Shown in pieces: positions 10,348-20,216 of a stretch of DNA of 55,637 bases. The DNA comes from Bacteroidia bacterium (GTDB lineage: Bacteria; Bacteroidota; Bacteroidia; NS11-12g; UBA955). The notes under the pieces are model-generated. The model ran no database searches. It had not been told where the DNA came from and saw only the letters and a list, made by a program, of their open reading frames with translations. The position numbers and the translations under genes were made by a program. The DNA lies in contig JALRKL010000009.1 of assembly GCA_023268875.1 (NCBI GenBank), positions 1 through 55,637 of the forward strand. Reading direction: 5' to 3'. Within the stretch, counting starts at the first letter, position 1. Each line of letters starts with the position of its first letter.

Positions 10348-11286
10348 ATGAAACGCGCCTGGTTTTTGGTATTTTCATTTTTCATCTTGGGGAATCACCT
10401 CAAAGCCCAAATTAAATCTGATACATTGCCGGTATCGGTTAATTTGCGTGATGTAAATGAAGAGCCCAAATTAATCGGGGGGCGTTACATTTTTATGCAG
10501 TCTGGATTTCCAGTCGAAAAAAAGACACTTCAATATCAAAACCTAAACGGTGTTTTAAACGATGTGCAATATGGTATTCTTGAAGATTTTTCTGTTGCTG
10601 CTGGATTTGTTTTGCCTTTTTACGCCTATTTAGCACCTCAGTACACCATGGAAGTTGCTCCATTACAGCGATTGGTAGTTGGGGATGTTTTAGCCACAAG
10701 TTTATTCTTAGAGGATGAAGCCGCTTTTCGAGCCAACATGTTATATGCCGGTTATACTTACGGTACTTCTGACAATCACGCCACGGTTGCATTAGGTTGG
10801 TTAAATACAAATTTGCTGCCCGCCAGTAATCTTTTTTTACAATTGGGAGGCTCTAAGAAATTGACTGAGGGTATTTATGTAATGGGGGAATTTTGGTATT
10901 CTAATGGCGATCAAACACAAGAGGGAGTGTCTAAATGGGAGTTAGATGGAAGTGGTAAGCCTATTTTAGTAGATCCAACTAATCCGCTTGGAAGCCCCTA
11001 TAAATTGAAGTATGTGACACAGTGGATGAATCGTCATACGTTGTATGCTAACTTACAATTGCGGCTAATCAGTACAAAAAACAGCAATAAGAGTTGGTCT
11101 TTTGGTTTAATGTATTTTGCCAATTGGGGTGGGGCTTACCAAGAACAAGGGGCCTTTGGGGAAGTGCGAAACTTGAATAATATGTTTGTACTGCCAATGC
11201 CGAGTATTTCGTTTATCCAACGAATTGGAGATTTTAGACCTCCCAAATTGCCCATTAGACCTACCTATATAGAATTAGGGTTGTAA
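10348..11286 (+). CDS. Hypothetical secreted / outer-membrane protein
   Basis: 312 aa with the signal peptide MKRAWFLVFSFFILGNHLKAQ and Gly/Tyr/aromatic-rich alternating segments compatible with a beta-barrel. No family recognised. Confidence 0.5.
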   Translation: MKRAWFLVFSFFILGNHLKAQIKSDTLPVSVNLRDVNEEPKLIGGRYIFMQSGFPVEKKTLQYQNLNGVLNDVQYGILEDFSVAAGFVLPFYAYLAPQYTMEVAPLQRLVVGDVLATSLFLEDEAAFRANMLYAGYTYGTSDNHATVALGWLNTNLLPASNLFLQLGGSKKLTEGIYVMGEFWYSNGDQTQEGVSKWELDGSGKPILVDPTNPLGSPYKLKYVTQWMNRHTLYANLQLRLISTKNSNKSWSFGLMYFANWGGAYQEQGAFGEVRNLNNMFVLPMPSISFIQRIGDFRPPKLPIRPTYIELGL

Positions 11287-11314
11287 ATACAATTCGTTAA
11301 TTATTCAATTCTAC

Positions 11315-11322
11315 TATCTTTG
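11315..11322 (+). promoter_or_regulatory. -7 promoter box (TATCTTTG)
   Basis: Matches TAnnTTTG, 4 nt before ATG 11327. Confidence 0.6.
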
Positions 11323-11326
11323 TGCT

Positions 11327-11863
11327 ATGATTTTGAGCGATTCTCGAATCCTAGAGGAAATAGAAAAAGGCACTATTATCATTGCCCCTTACGACAGAAC
11401 TGCACTTGGTAGTAACAGTTATGATGTGCATTTAGGTGCAAATTTAGCCGTTTACGATGCACCGGAATTAGACGCCAAAAAGCATAATACCATTCGCCAT
11501 TTTAATATCCCAGAGGAAGGATTCGTGTTGCAACCAGATACCTTATATCTAGGGGTTACGCTCGAGTATACAGAAACACATGCTCATGTGCCTTTTCTAG
11601 AAGGTAAAAGTAGCACAGGCCGTCTAGGAATAGATATCCATGCAACTGCGGGGAAAGGAGATGTCGGATTTTGCGGGAATTGGACTTTAGAAATCTCTGT
11701 AAAAATGCCGGTACGAGTATATGCGGGTATGCCCATTGGACAACTAATCTATTTCCCTGTAGATGGAGAAATTCTGGTGCCCTACAATAGCAAGAAAAAC
11801 GCCAAATATTCGGGTCAACCCGATAGACCTGTAGAAAGCATGATGTGGAAGAATAAGTTCTAA
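11327..11863 (+). CDS. dcd: dCTP deaminase
   Basis: 178 aa, MILSDSRILEEIEKGTIII...GSNSYDVHLG...EGKSSTGRLGI, typical of the Dcd/dUTPase-fold family. Confidence 0.9.
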   Translation: MILSDSRILEEIEKGTIIIAPYDRTALGSNSYDVHLGANLAVYDAPELDAKKHNTIRHFNIPEEGFVLQPDTLYLGVTLEYTETHAHVPFLEGKSSTGRLGIDIHATAGKGDVGFCGNWTLEISVKMPVRVYAGMPIGQLIYFPVDGEILVPYNSKKNAKYSGQPDRPVESMMWKNKF

Positions 11864-11919
11864 TTATCTTCTCGGGATGCTTGGGTTCTATGGAGTCACT
11901 GAACCGAACAGCCCATTAA

Positions 11920-12624
11920 TCATTGATCGTATTTTCTCAATAATTTCAAAAACACCTCCAAGTCTTTGGCATATGGTGCTTGAATTTCTTGGATAGAGCC
12001 GTCTAGATCAGTAAACTTTAATTGGTAAGCATGAAGGGCAAAACGCTCGATTAGGGGGCGATCGTCACCAGACAATTTTCTTTTGATTTTGCTTAACATC
12101 GGAATTTGGCTGCCGTAAAGTAAGTCGCCAGAAATCTTGGCGTTTTGCGAGGACAAATGAACACGAATCTGGTGTAAACGACCTGTTTTTGGACAACATT
12201 GAATCAAACTAAAATGCCGAAATGTTTCAAGCGTATGAAACGTTGTTTGAGCTTCCTTGCCAAACCGTTTGTCAATTCGTATATGATGTAAATCTTGGGT
12301 GTTTATTGGTAAGTCAACTTCGAAATTTTCGAAATTTACAGGGCCATCTACAATGGCATGATAGGTTTTTTCAATTTGGCGGTGTTCAAACTGCATCGAA
12401 ATATGCCTGTGCGCTTCAGCATTTTTCGCTAAGATCATAATTCCGGAAGTTTCCCTATCGATTCGGTGGCATAAAATGGCTGTTTCGTATCGATTTTGGG
12501 CCCATTCGATTACCGGTTGAGCCGTATATTTACCTCTTTCGGGCATACTAGGCACAAATGGGGGTTTATGCACGCAAACCCAATTTTCAGTTTCTTTAAT
12601 AATGGAAATCGGAATGGGTTTCAT
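11920..12624 (-). CDS. RluA-family pseudouridine synthase
   Basis: Catalytic motif HRIDRETSGIMILAK. The start is set at the internal ATG (MKPIPISII...), which overlaps the upstream stop by 1 nt (TAATG). Confidence 0.85.
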   Translation of the reverse strand: MKPIPISIIKETENWVCVHKPPFVPSMPERGKYTAQPVIEWAQNRYETAILCHRIDRETSGIMILAKNAEAHRHISMQFEHRQIEKTYHAIVDGPVNFENFEVDLPINTQDLHHIRIDKRFGKEAQTTFHTLETFRHFSLIQCCPKTGRLHQIRVHLSSQNAKISGDLLYGSQIPMLSKIKRKLSGDDRPLIERFALHAYQLKFTDLDGSIQEIQAPYAKDLEVFLKLLRKYDQ

Positions 12625-13391
12625 TAGTGGTTTATCATTTCTAAACGCAACTTTGTGAGTACCCTTTTTGTTTGTTGAGGAAAATCTCCATCCATCATCC
12701 AATTGTAATAGCTGGGTTCTTGTTTTAAGACCCAAGATACAGGTTTGCCACGGTGCTTTCCGAAATTAAAAACAGGTACTTTATTTTTATCGAACACAAA
12801 TCGACCGGCTAAATCTACGTTGTTCCCTTGTCCTGAAAATTCATGCAGCCCTTTAACATCATTAGGAAGTTGTGGATATCGGTCTAATTGTGCCTTTAAT
12901 ATATTCCAAGTGGCGATGGTATCTGCTTCAGCAGAATGCGCGTCCTCCAATGTTTGATTGCAATAAAATCTGTAAGCAGCTGACAAATTACGCGGTTCCA
13001 TTGTGTGAAAAATACGTTGTACGTCAATGAATTTTCGATTATCAATATCGATTTCAATTTCAGCGCGGTAAAATTCTTCCACGAGCAAGGGGAAATCAAA
13101 TTTATTGGAGTTAAATCCTCCGAAATCACATAAATGAATAAAATGCTCTATTTCCTTTGCGAGTTCTTTAAAGGTAGGTTTGTCTGCAACGTCTTTATCG
13201 TAAATTCCGTGTACTTCACTTGCCTCACGAGGAATGGGAATGGTGGGGTTTACCCGATACGTTCTTAATTCTTCATCTCCATTGGGAAATGCTTTAAGCA
13301 TGCTGATTTCAACAATTCTATCGCGTTGAATATTGATGCCGGTGGTTTCAAGGTCGAATACCACTAAGGGTCTTGTTAGGGAAAGGTTCAT
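12624..13391 (-). CDS. DEDDh 3'-5' exonuclease (DnaQ/epsilon-like fold) with a C-terminal extension
   Basis: 255 aa with Exo [10 protein letters not shown], Exo [14 protein letters not shown] and Exo III HSAEADT. The extra C-terminal module reads FGKHRGKPV...[11 protein letters not shown]. Its ATG overlaps the trmD stop (ATGA). Confidence 0.85.
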   Translation of the reverse strand: MNLSLTRPLVVFDLETTGINIQRDRIVEISMLKAFPNGDEELRTYRVNPTIPIPREASEVHGIYDKDVADKPTFKELAKEIEHFIHLCDFGGFNSNKFDFPLLVEEFYRAEIEIDIDNRKFIDVQRIFHTMEPRNLSAAYRFYCNQTLEDAHSAEADTIATWNILKAQLDRYPQLPNDVKGLHEFSGQGNNVDLAGRFVFDKNKVPVFNFGKHRGKPVSWVLKQEPSYYNWMMDGDFPQQTKRVLTKLRLEMINH

Positions 13392-14071
13392 TCGTTCGGG
13401 TTTAATAAATCGGGACGTAATTTTTGGGTTCGTTCAATAGATTTTTCGAGTCTCCAAGATTCAATTTTTGCATGGTTACCACTCAATAATATTTCGGGAA
13501 CAGATTTTCCTTGGAACGATTCGGGCCGGGTATATAGCGGTGGTGCTAATAACTGATCCTGGAAAGAATCGCTTAAGGCACTTTCCTCATTTCCAATTAC
13601 ACCAGGTAATAACCTAACCACAGCATCAGTTATAGCGCAGGCAGCTATTTCGCCACCGCTCAATACAAAATCGCCTAATGAAATTTCAAGCGTTACATAT
13701 TCGTCACGAATGCGCTGGTCTATACCTTTGTAATGGCCGCAAATAATAATGATATTTTCAAGCAGAGATAATTGATTTGCTCTTGGTTGTTTGAGATGCT
13801 CTCCGTCGGGACTTGTGTAAATTATTTGCTGATATTCGCGCTCTTTTGTTAAGGATAAAATAGCGGCAGCAAGTGGTTCGGGCTTTAGCACCATTCCTGC
13901 ACCACCCCCGAACGGGTAATCGTCAATCTGTCTGTATTTGCCAATTCCGTATTCGTGAAGATTGTGAATGTGTAATTCCAACAAGCCTTTTTCTTGGGCT
14001 TTTTTAGGAATGCTATGGTTTAAGGGACCAAGGAGCAATTCGGGAACGGCACTGATGATATCAATTCTCAT
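13388..14071 (-). CDS. trmD: tRNA (guanine37-N1)-methyltransferase
   Basis: [13 protein letters not shown]...[17 protein letters not shown]...[10 protein letters not shown]...LSGGEIAA. The start is set at the internal ATG, the family-typical N-terminus. Confidence 0.92.
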   Translation of the reverse strand: MRIDIISAVPELLLGPLNHSIPKKAQEKGLLELHIHNLHEYGIGKYRQIDDYPFGGGAGMVLKPEPLAAAILSLTKEREYQQIIYTSPDGEHLKQPRANQLSLLENIIIICGHYKGIDQRIRDEYVTLEISLGDFVLSGGEIAACAITDAVVRLLPGVIGNEESALSDSFQDQLLAPPLYTRPESFQGKSVPEILLSGNHAKIESWRLEKSIERTQKLRPDLLNPNE

Positions 14072-14585
14072 GGTATTCGTGATGGTCCGAGTCAATTAAA
14101 CCCTCGGGCAAATCCATGATCAAAGTTCGTGATTTAATATGGGTTTCGCGAATCCATTCTTCTACATAAGGGATTAAATATTCGCGATTTTCGCAAAGAA
14201 CATGTAGCATAAGCTGTCCTGGGTATTCTTTCAGGGCTGTTATGGTACCTTTGAATGTGCTGTTGATGTCTTCTAAAGTGAAGTTATCCAAGGCCGTGTG
14301 AAGGTGATTTTCGGGTATCAATGACTGGTCGAGTCCGACTGCTTTTCCTAACAGATCTTTGGCTTTTTCTTCAGAGTCTATGAACTCTAAATCGACGAGT
14401 TCGGATGTTGAATTCATTTTTAAAATGCGAAAGGGGACTCCCTTTTGGTCAATAAGAACAAAAAGGAAATCCCCTTCTTCTGGAATAAGATCATCATCAT
14501 CCCAGCGAATATGTAGCGTTCCCTTGAAACCGTGTTTGGAAGTAATACTTCCTATTACATGCACGGCAGGAGGGATGTAATGCAT
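14061..14585 (-). CDS. rimM: 16S rRNA processing protein RimM
   Basis: 174 aa with the N-terminal motif [16 protein letters not shown] and a C-terminal PRC-barrel-like region. It sits between rpsP and trmD, the canonical position. Confidence 0.8.
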   Translation of the reverse strand: MHYIPPAVHVIGSITSKHGFKGTLHIRWDDDDLIPEEGDFLFVLIDQKGVPFRILKMNSTSELVDLEFIDSEEKAKDLLGKAVGLDQSLIPENHLHTALDNFTLEDINSTFKGTITALKEYPGQLMLHVLCENREYLIPYVEEWIRETHIKSRTLIMDLPEGLIDSDHHEYHEN

Positions 14586-14590
14586 TAGTA

Positions 14591-15169
14591 TTATTCGGCG
14601 CTTTCTTCAGCAGGAGCTTCTTCAGTTCCAGCCTCTTCGGCAGTCGCTTCGTTTGTCTCTTCAGAAACTTCCTCGGTTGCTTCAACCTCAGGTGCGTTTG
14701 CAGCCGCTTCGGCAGCTAAACGTTCTTGGATTTTCGCAGCAATAGCTTCTTTTTTAGCTTCTTCAGCCTTCAAAGCAGCCGCACGTTGTTCGTCGCGAGC
14801 TTTACTTAGGTTGTCGACCTTAGATTGTACTTTGTTGTCCTTTTCAGCCAACCACTCGCCAAACTTTTTGTCGGCTTCTTCCTGGGTGATTGCTCCTTTG
14901 TTTACCCCAACTTGAAGGTGTTTTTTGTACTTAGCACCTTTGTAAGATAGGATAGCAGCAGCAGTGTCCGTAGGTTCCGCACCTTTAAGTAACCACTCGG
15001 TTGCTTTGTTAACATCTAAGTCGATGGTTGCAGGATTGGTGATGGGGTTGTAAGTTCCAATTTTTTCAATGAAACGGCCATCCCTCGGAGCACGCGAATC
15101 CGCCACCACAATGTGATAGAAAGCTCTTTTCTTTCTACCATGTCTCTGTAATCTGATTTTTGTAGCCAT
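14591..15169 (-). CDS. rpsP: 30S ribosomal protein S16 with a long Ala/Glu/Lys-rich C-terminal extension
   Basis: N-terminus [42 protein letters not shown]. The protein is 192 aa, and the C-terminal ~100 aa are low-complexity. Confidence 0.93.
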   Translation of the reverse strand: MATKIRLQRHGRKKRAFYHIVVADSRAPRDGRFIEKIGTYNPITNPATIDLDVNKATEWLLKGAEPTDTAAAILSYKGAKYKKHLQVGVNKGAITQEEADKKFGEWLAEKDNKVQSKVDNLSKARDEQRAAALKAEEAKKEAIAAKIQERLAAEAAANAPEVEATEEVSEETNEATAEEAGTEEAPAEESAE

Positions 15170-15226
15170 GTTTTTTTATTTAACTGTTTACCTCACAAGA
15201 GGTCCCGCTTCTCCAAAACGGGAGTG

Positions 15227-15234
15227 CAAAGATA
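15227..15234 (-). promoter_or_regulatory. -7 promoter box (TATCTTTG) for the rpsP operon
   Basis: Matches TAnnTTTG, 57 nt upstream of the rpsP ATG. Confidence 0.55.
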
Positions 15235-15294
15235 AATGAATTCTTTGAATTTTTAAATAATCCGCATATTCCCTTTTTAATCGGATGTAAAGAC

Positions 15295-17595
15295 TTAAAT
15301 AATTTTCATCTTAGCAAATTTCAATACCAAGGTTTTATGACCTACTTGATCAAAAAGTACTTTGGCCTTTTTATTGTCGCCTCCACCTTCCATTTCGACC
15401 ACCGTTCCAGTGCCAAAACGTTGGTGTTGCACCCTATCACCAACCGCTAATTGGCTTATATCACCAGATGTGAAATCAGGATCAACAGGGGGTAGGGGTT
15501 GCGTTGGTCGAGGTGTGGTATAAACTTTGGGTTTTTGTAAGGGTTGTTTACTGCTCACCGAAGGCTCTCTATGGAACCTTTGTGCCATACTCGGAGCTTG
15601 CATGCTATTGGCCGCTATGTCTAAATACTTTCCATCGATTTCCTGAAGAAACCGCGAGGGTTCACAGTGTAATAGATTTCCGTGTCGAAATCTACTTGTA
15701 GCAAAACTCAGATAAAGGCGCTGTTCGGCCCTTGTAATGGCAACATAAAACAAACGACGTTCCTCTTCAATCTCATTTCGGTTCATTAGGGCCATTTGTG
15801 AAGGAAACAGGTTTTCTTCGAGTCCTACAATATGTACTATGGGGAATTCCAAACCTTTAGAGGCGTGGATAGTCATTAAAGAAACACAATCTCTATTTGG
15901 GTCGTTGGTTCTGTCTTCGTCGGTGTAAAGGGCCACATTTTCCAAAAACATTGGGAGTGTTTTTTCTGATTCGTTTTCGTCATCTTCTACAAATTCCTGC
16001 ACCGAGTTAAGAAATTCCGTTATGTTTTCATATTTAGAAAGGCCTTCGGGTGATTTATCATCGAAAAGGGTTTTCAACATGCCAGATCGTTTTGCTACAT
16101 CAACGGCAATTTCATAAGCATTTTTACTATTGTCTTTAGAACGAAAACTGTCTATTAACATGCCAAATTGTTCCACTTTGGCTGAACTGGCTCCAATATC
16201 TGGATATTTTCGTATGTCTTTTATTACATCCCAAATACTAATATTTTTCTCATTCGCGTGATAAACCAATCGGGTAATCGTAGTGTTGCCGATTCCACGT
16301 GCGGGATAATTGATGATGCGTTTTAAGGCTTCCTCATCTTGTGGATTAATTACCAAACGCAAATAGGCCAACATGTCTTTTACCTCTTTTCTTTGGTAAA
16401 AACTTATTCCCCCATAAATACGGTATTCTATTCCTTGCTTTCGCAAGGCTTCCTCAATAGAACGGCTTTGTGCGTTGGTACGGTATAAAATGGCAAATGC
16501 TTTATTGGGCAGATGCAGATGGTGTTTGTCTTCAAAAATCAATTGGGCTACTCTACGGCCTTCATCCGAATCGGACGGGTTTCTCGATACTTTTATTTTT
16601 TCACCCTCTTCATTTGCCGTCCAAACCTCTTTTTCTAACTGATGCTTATTGTGTTTTATTAAACTTGAGGCTGCATTAACTATGTTTTTGGTGCTGCGGT
16701 AATTCTGCTCTAATTTGAAGGTGGCTACCTCGGGATAATCTCTCTCATAGTTGAGGATGTTTTGAATATTAGCACCTCGAAACGCATAGATGCTTTGGGC
16801 ATCGTCTCCAACCACGCAAATGTTTTGATGCACGGCCGCCAATTGTTTGGTGATCATATACTGTACATGGTTGGTGTCTTGATACTCATCGACCATGATG
16901 TATTTGAAGCGGTGTTGCCATTTATTCAAAACGTCGTGATGTTGATTCAGAAGGTAATAAGTATTTACCAAAATATCGTCGAAGTCCATCGCTCCGGCTT
17001 TAAAACATCTACTGGTATACTGTTTGAAAATTTCCCCGAATTTGGGTCGGCCAGCGGCTTTGTCGGAATTGGTTAACTCTTCGTTATTCAGGTAGTCTTT
17101 GGCACCCATTAAGTTGTTTTTCGCTAAGGATATGCGACTTAATACCAAAGAGGGTTTATAAACCTTATCGTCAATCTGCATCTCTTTCAAGATGGCTTTA
17201 ATCAAACTTTTGGAATCGTCTGAGTCGTAAATCGTAAAATTGCTAGGATACCCAAGTTTATCGGCTTCTTGTCTTAAGATTCGAGCAAAAACGCTATGAA
17301 AGGTTCCCATCCAAAGGTTTTTAGCTTCAGCCCCCACTAGGTTTTCGATACGCGTGCGCATTTCCTTCGCAGCCTTATTGGTAAACGTAAGGGATAAAAT
17401 ATTAAAAGGGTCGGTACCCTTATGCATGATGTAGGCGATGCGATAGGTAAGAACCCTTGTTTTGCCCGAGCCTGCCCCTGCAATTATCATCACAGGCCCA
17501 TCTGTGTTTAACGCGGCTTCGCGTTGACTGGGATTAAGTGAATCAATAAATGGGGGGATATCGTCAGCGGGTCTTTGGTCGGGCCATTGCATCAT
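15295..17595 (-). CDS. ATP-dependent DNA helicase, UvrD/PcrA/Rep family (SF1)
   Basis: 766 aa with motif I AGAGSGKT, motif II MVDEYQDTN, then QNYRS, TIHASKGLEF and VAITRA. Confidence 0.93.
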   Translation of the reverse strand: MMQWPDQRPADDIPPFIDSLNPSQREAALNTDGPVMIIAGAGSGKTRVLTYRIAYIMHKGTDPFNILSLTFTNKAAKEMRTRIENLVGAEAKNLWMGTFHSVFARILRQEADKLGYPSNFTIYDSDDSKSLIKAILKEMQIDDKVYKPSLVLSRISLAKNNLMGAKDYLNNEELTNSDKAAGRPKFGEIFKQYTSRCFKAGAMDFDDILVNTYYLLNQHHDVLNKWQHRFKYIMVDEYQDTNHVQYMITKQLAAVHQNICVVGDDAQSIYAFRGANIQNILNYERDYPEVATFKLEQNYRSTKNIVNAASSLIKHNKHQLEKEVWTANEEGEKIKVSRNPSDSDEGRRVAQLIFEDKHHLHLPNKAFAILYRTNAQSRSIEEALRKQGIEYRIYGGISFYQRKEVKDMLAYLRLVINPQDEEALKRIINYPARGIGNTTITRLVYHANEKNISIWDVIKDIRKYPDIGASSAKVEQFGMLIDSFRSKDNSKNAYEIAVDVAKRSGMLKTLFDDKSPEGLSKYENITEFLNSVQEFVEDDENESEKTLPMFLENVALYTDEDRTNDPNRDCVSLMTIHASKGLEFPIVHIVGLEENLFPSQMALMNRNEIEEERRLFYVAITRAEQRLYLSFATSRFRHGNLLHCEPSRFLQEIDGKYLDIAANSMQAPSMAQRFHREPSVSSKQPLQKPKVYTTPRPTQPLPPVDPDFTSGDISQLAVGDRVQHQRFGTGTVVEMEGGGDNKKAKVLFDQVGHKTLVLKFAKMKII

Positions 17596-17599
17596 TATA

Positions 17600-17607
17600 C
17601 AAAAATA
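17600..17607 (-). promoter_or_regulatory. -7 promoter box (TATTTTTG)
   Basis: Matches TAnnTTTG, 4 nt before the helicase ATG (17595). Confidence 0.6.
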
Positions 17608-17656
17608 GGCAGGACCCGCCCTTGGGTTGAGTTCAAAATATCAACATTTTATATGT

Positions 17657-18595
17657 TTAGGCCGGTTTGGGCAAAGCAAATGTGAATGAAGACCCTGCAC
17701 CTACGGTACTCATAACTTTTATTTGCTCGCCGTGCGCTTCAATGATATGCTTGCAGATGCTTAACCCCAATCCACTTCCACCTGTTTCTCGGTTTCGGTG
17801 TGCATCTACCCGGTAAAAACGCTCAAAAATTCGACCCACGTGTTCCGATGGAATGCCTATTCCATTATCGGCGACTTCGATTATGATTTTTATGCCGGTA
17901 TCAAAAATTTTGTAGTTCGTTGTACCCTTTAAAATTCCATATTTAATCGAGTTATAGCCTAAATTTACCAATACTTGTCGGATGCGTTTGCGATCGCCGA
18001 ATACCATATTGGTTTCGCTTTTACTCTGTACCAATAACCGAATTTCTTTTTGGGAAGCTTGGATTTCTAATTCTTCAATCACTTCTCGAATAAGTTCCAT
18101 GATATTGAATGACTGTGATTCAATATTTAAAACACCACTTTCATATTTCGTAATTGCGTCGAGGTCGTTTACCAATTGTCCCAGTCGGTCTACGTTTTTA
18201 TTCGCTTTTTTGAGGAAGGTATTAACCTCTTCAGGGCTTAAATCCGGATCATCCATAACCGTTTCGATATACCCTTGTATTGAGAATAGCGGGGTTTTCA
18301 ATTCATGGGCCACATTCCCTAAATAGTCGCGGCGATAAGTTTCCAGTTGCTGTAATCGTTGCAACTCTTGTTTTCGGGCTATAAATAAGGTCCGAAATCC
18401 GTCTTCTATATCTTGTGCCTTGGGATTTACCGTAGTTTCATATTCGGCTTCCTCATTGGTGATTAAGCGTTCGAGATTTTTTAAAACTTTGCGTTTTCTT
18501 GCCCTCCAAACGGTCGAAGATATGCCGATTCCTAAGGAAAAACTCACAACTGCAACTGAAATAGGGTGTGTGAGTATTAAATGTGCAATTCCCAT
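17657..18595 (-). CDS. Sensor histidine kinase (minimal: one TM, HisKA, HATPase)
   Basis: H-box AHELKTP, N/G1 box DNGIGIP and G2 GGSGLGLSI. The start is moved to the internal ATG (MGIAHLIL...), which lies 12 nt downstream of a -7 box. The track start at 18652 remains possible. Confidence 0.8.
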   Translation of the reverse strand: MGIAHLILTHPISVAVVSFSLGIGISSTVWRARKRKVLKNLERLITNEEAEYETTVNPKAQDIEDGFRTLFIARKQELQRLQQLETYRRDYLGNVAHELKTPLFSIQGYIETVMDDPDLSPEEVNTFLKKANKNVDRLGQLVNDLDAITKYESGVLNIESQSFNIMELIREVIEELEIQASQKEIRLLVQSKSETNMVFGDRKRIRQVLVNLGYNSIKYGILKGTTNYKIFDTGIKIIIEVADNGIGIPSEHVGRIFERFYRVDAHRNRETGGSGLGLSICKHIIEAHGEQIKVMSTVGAGSSFTFALPKPA

Positions 18596-18607
18596 AAAAG
18601 TTTCAAT

Positions 18608-18615
18608 CAAATGTA
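18608..18615 (-). promoter_or_regulatory. -7 promoter box (TACATTTG) for the histidine kinase
   Basis: Matches TAnnTTTG, 12 nt upstream of ATG 18595. Confidence 0.5.
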
Positions 18616-18657
18616 CGACTTTTCGCAAGCCGTACAAACGCTTCGAGAACAAAAAAC

Positions 18658-18665
18658 TATCTTTG
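18658..18665 (+). promoter_or_regulatory. -7 promoter box (TATCTTTG) for glyQS-pgk
   Basis: Matches TAnnTTTG, 13 nt upstream of ATG 18679. Confidence 0.55.
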
Positions 18666-18678
18666 CGACGATCATTTT

Positions 18679-20214
18679 ATGTCTGAAAATAATTTATTCG
18701 AAAAAATCATTTCACATGCCAAAGAGTATGGCTTTGTATTTCCAAGTAGCGATATATATGGCGGATTAGCTGCAGTATATGATTATGGCCAAAATGGAGT
18801 GGAATTGCGAAATAACTTAAGGCAGTTTTGGTATCTTTCAATGACGCGCCTTCACGCCAATATTGTGGGTTTGGACTCCTCTATCTTTATGCACCCAAAA
18901 ATCTGGAAGGCAAGCGGACATGTGGATGGTTTTAACGATCCAATGATTGATAATAAAGACAGTAAGAAACGCTATAGAGCTGATGTTTTAATAGAGGATC
19001 ACCAAGAAAAAATTCGTCAGAAAATCAATAAAGAAATTAGCAAAGCTGAGAAACGCTTTGGCGAAAGTTTTGATCAGGCGCAATTTAGAGCCACCAATCC
19101 ACGAGTACTTGAATATCAGAGCCGCATCGATGCTATGGATCAAATTCTAAAAGAAGCGCTTGAATCGGGCGAGTTAAATAAAATTAAAGAACTAATTGAA
19201 AACGAGGGTATCGTTTGTCCGATTAGCGGATCAAAAAATTGGACGGATGTTCGTCAATTTAATTTAATGTACTCTACTCAAATGAATGCCTTGGAGGGGG
19301 GAGAAGATGCTTTGTATTTACGTCCAGAAACGGCTCAAGGTATTTTTGTGAATTATCTGAATGTTCAAAAGACCGGAAGATTGAAATTGCCTTTTGGCAT
19401 CGCTCAAACCGGTAAAGCATTCCGCAATGAAATTGTAGCTCGACAATTCATTATGCGTATGAAAGAATTTGAACAGATGGAAATGCAGTTTTTCTGTAAG
19501 CCCGGAACTGAGCTAGAATGGTACGAGTATTGGAAACAGTGGCGCTTGCGTTGGCATAAAGTGTTAGGTACAGATTCTGCAAAATTGCGATTCCACGAGC
19601 ACATAAAGTTAGCCCATTACGCTAACGCCGCCGTAGATATTGAATACGAATTTCCATTCGGATTCAAAGAAGTAGAGGGCATACATTCACGCACCGATTT
19701 TGATCTGTCTCAACATGAAGAATTTAGCGGTAAAAAAATGCGCTATTTTGATGCCGACGCAAACGAGAGTTACATCCCTTATGTCGTAGAAACATCTATA
19801 GGTTTAGATAGATTATTTCTACTTGTTTTATCCGAAGCCTTACAAGAAGAAGAAGTAAATGGCGATACCCGCACAGTGTTGAAATTGCCACCTGCATTAG
19901 CGCCCATTAAATGTGCGATTTTGCCCTTGGTGAAAAAAGACGGTTTGCCGGAGTTGGCTCAAAAGATTTACGAAGATTTGCGGTTTGATTTCAATACTTT
20001 TATTGAAGACAAAGACAGTATAGGAAAGAGATATCGTCGAATGGATGCCATAGGAACACCATTCTGTGTAACCGTTGATCACGATAGCCTGATTCAAGGC
20101 GATGTAACCATACGTTTCCGAGATACTATGGAACAAAAACGCGTTTCGATAGACGACCTAAGGGGAATTATCGAGAGTGAAACTTCAATGAAACAATTAC
20201 TCAAAAGTATATAA
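18679..20214 (+). CDS. glyQS: Glycine--tRNA ligase (homodimeric alpha2 type)
   Basis: 511 aa with class II motifs ([33 protein letters not shown]) and an anticodon-binding C-terminus. Confidence 0.95.
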   Translation: MSENNLFEKIISHAKEYGFVFPSSDIYGGLAAVYDYGQNGVELRNNLRQFWYLSMTRLHANIVGLDSSIFMHPKIWKASGHVDGFNDPMIDNKDSKKRYRADVLIEDHQEKIRQKINKEISKAEKRFGESFDQAQFRATNPRVLEYQSRIDAMDQILKEALESGELNKIKELIENEGIVCPISGSKNWTDVRQFNLMYSTQMNALEGGEDALYLRPETAQGIFVNYLNVQKTGRLKLPFGIAQTGKAFRNEIVARQFIMRMKEFEQMEMQFFCKPGTELEWYEYWKQWRLRWHKVLGTDSAKLRFHEHIKLAHYANAAVDIEYEFPFGFKEVEGIHSRTDFDLSQHEEFSGKKMRYFDADANESYIPYVVETSIGLDRLFLLVLSEALQEEEVNGDTRTVLKLPPALAPIKCAILPLVKKDGLPELAQKIYEDLRFDFNTFIEDKDSIGKRYRRMDAIGTPFCVTVDHDSLIQGDVTIRFRDTMEQKRVSIDDLRGIIESETSMKQLLKSI

Positions 20215-20216
20215 TC

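Noticed and set aside
14591-14902. A ~100-aa Ala/Glu/Lys-rich C-terminal extension on ribosomal protein S16.
   Set aside because: Extended S16 proteins are common in Bacteroidota. I note it as a lineage marker, not a novelty.
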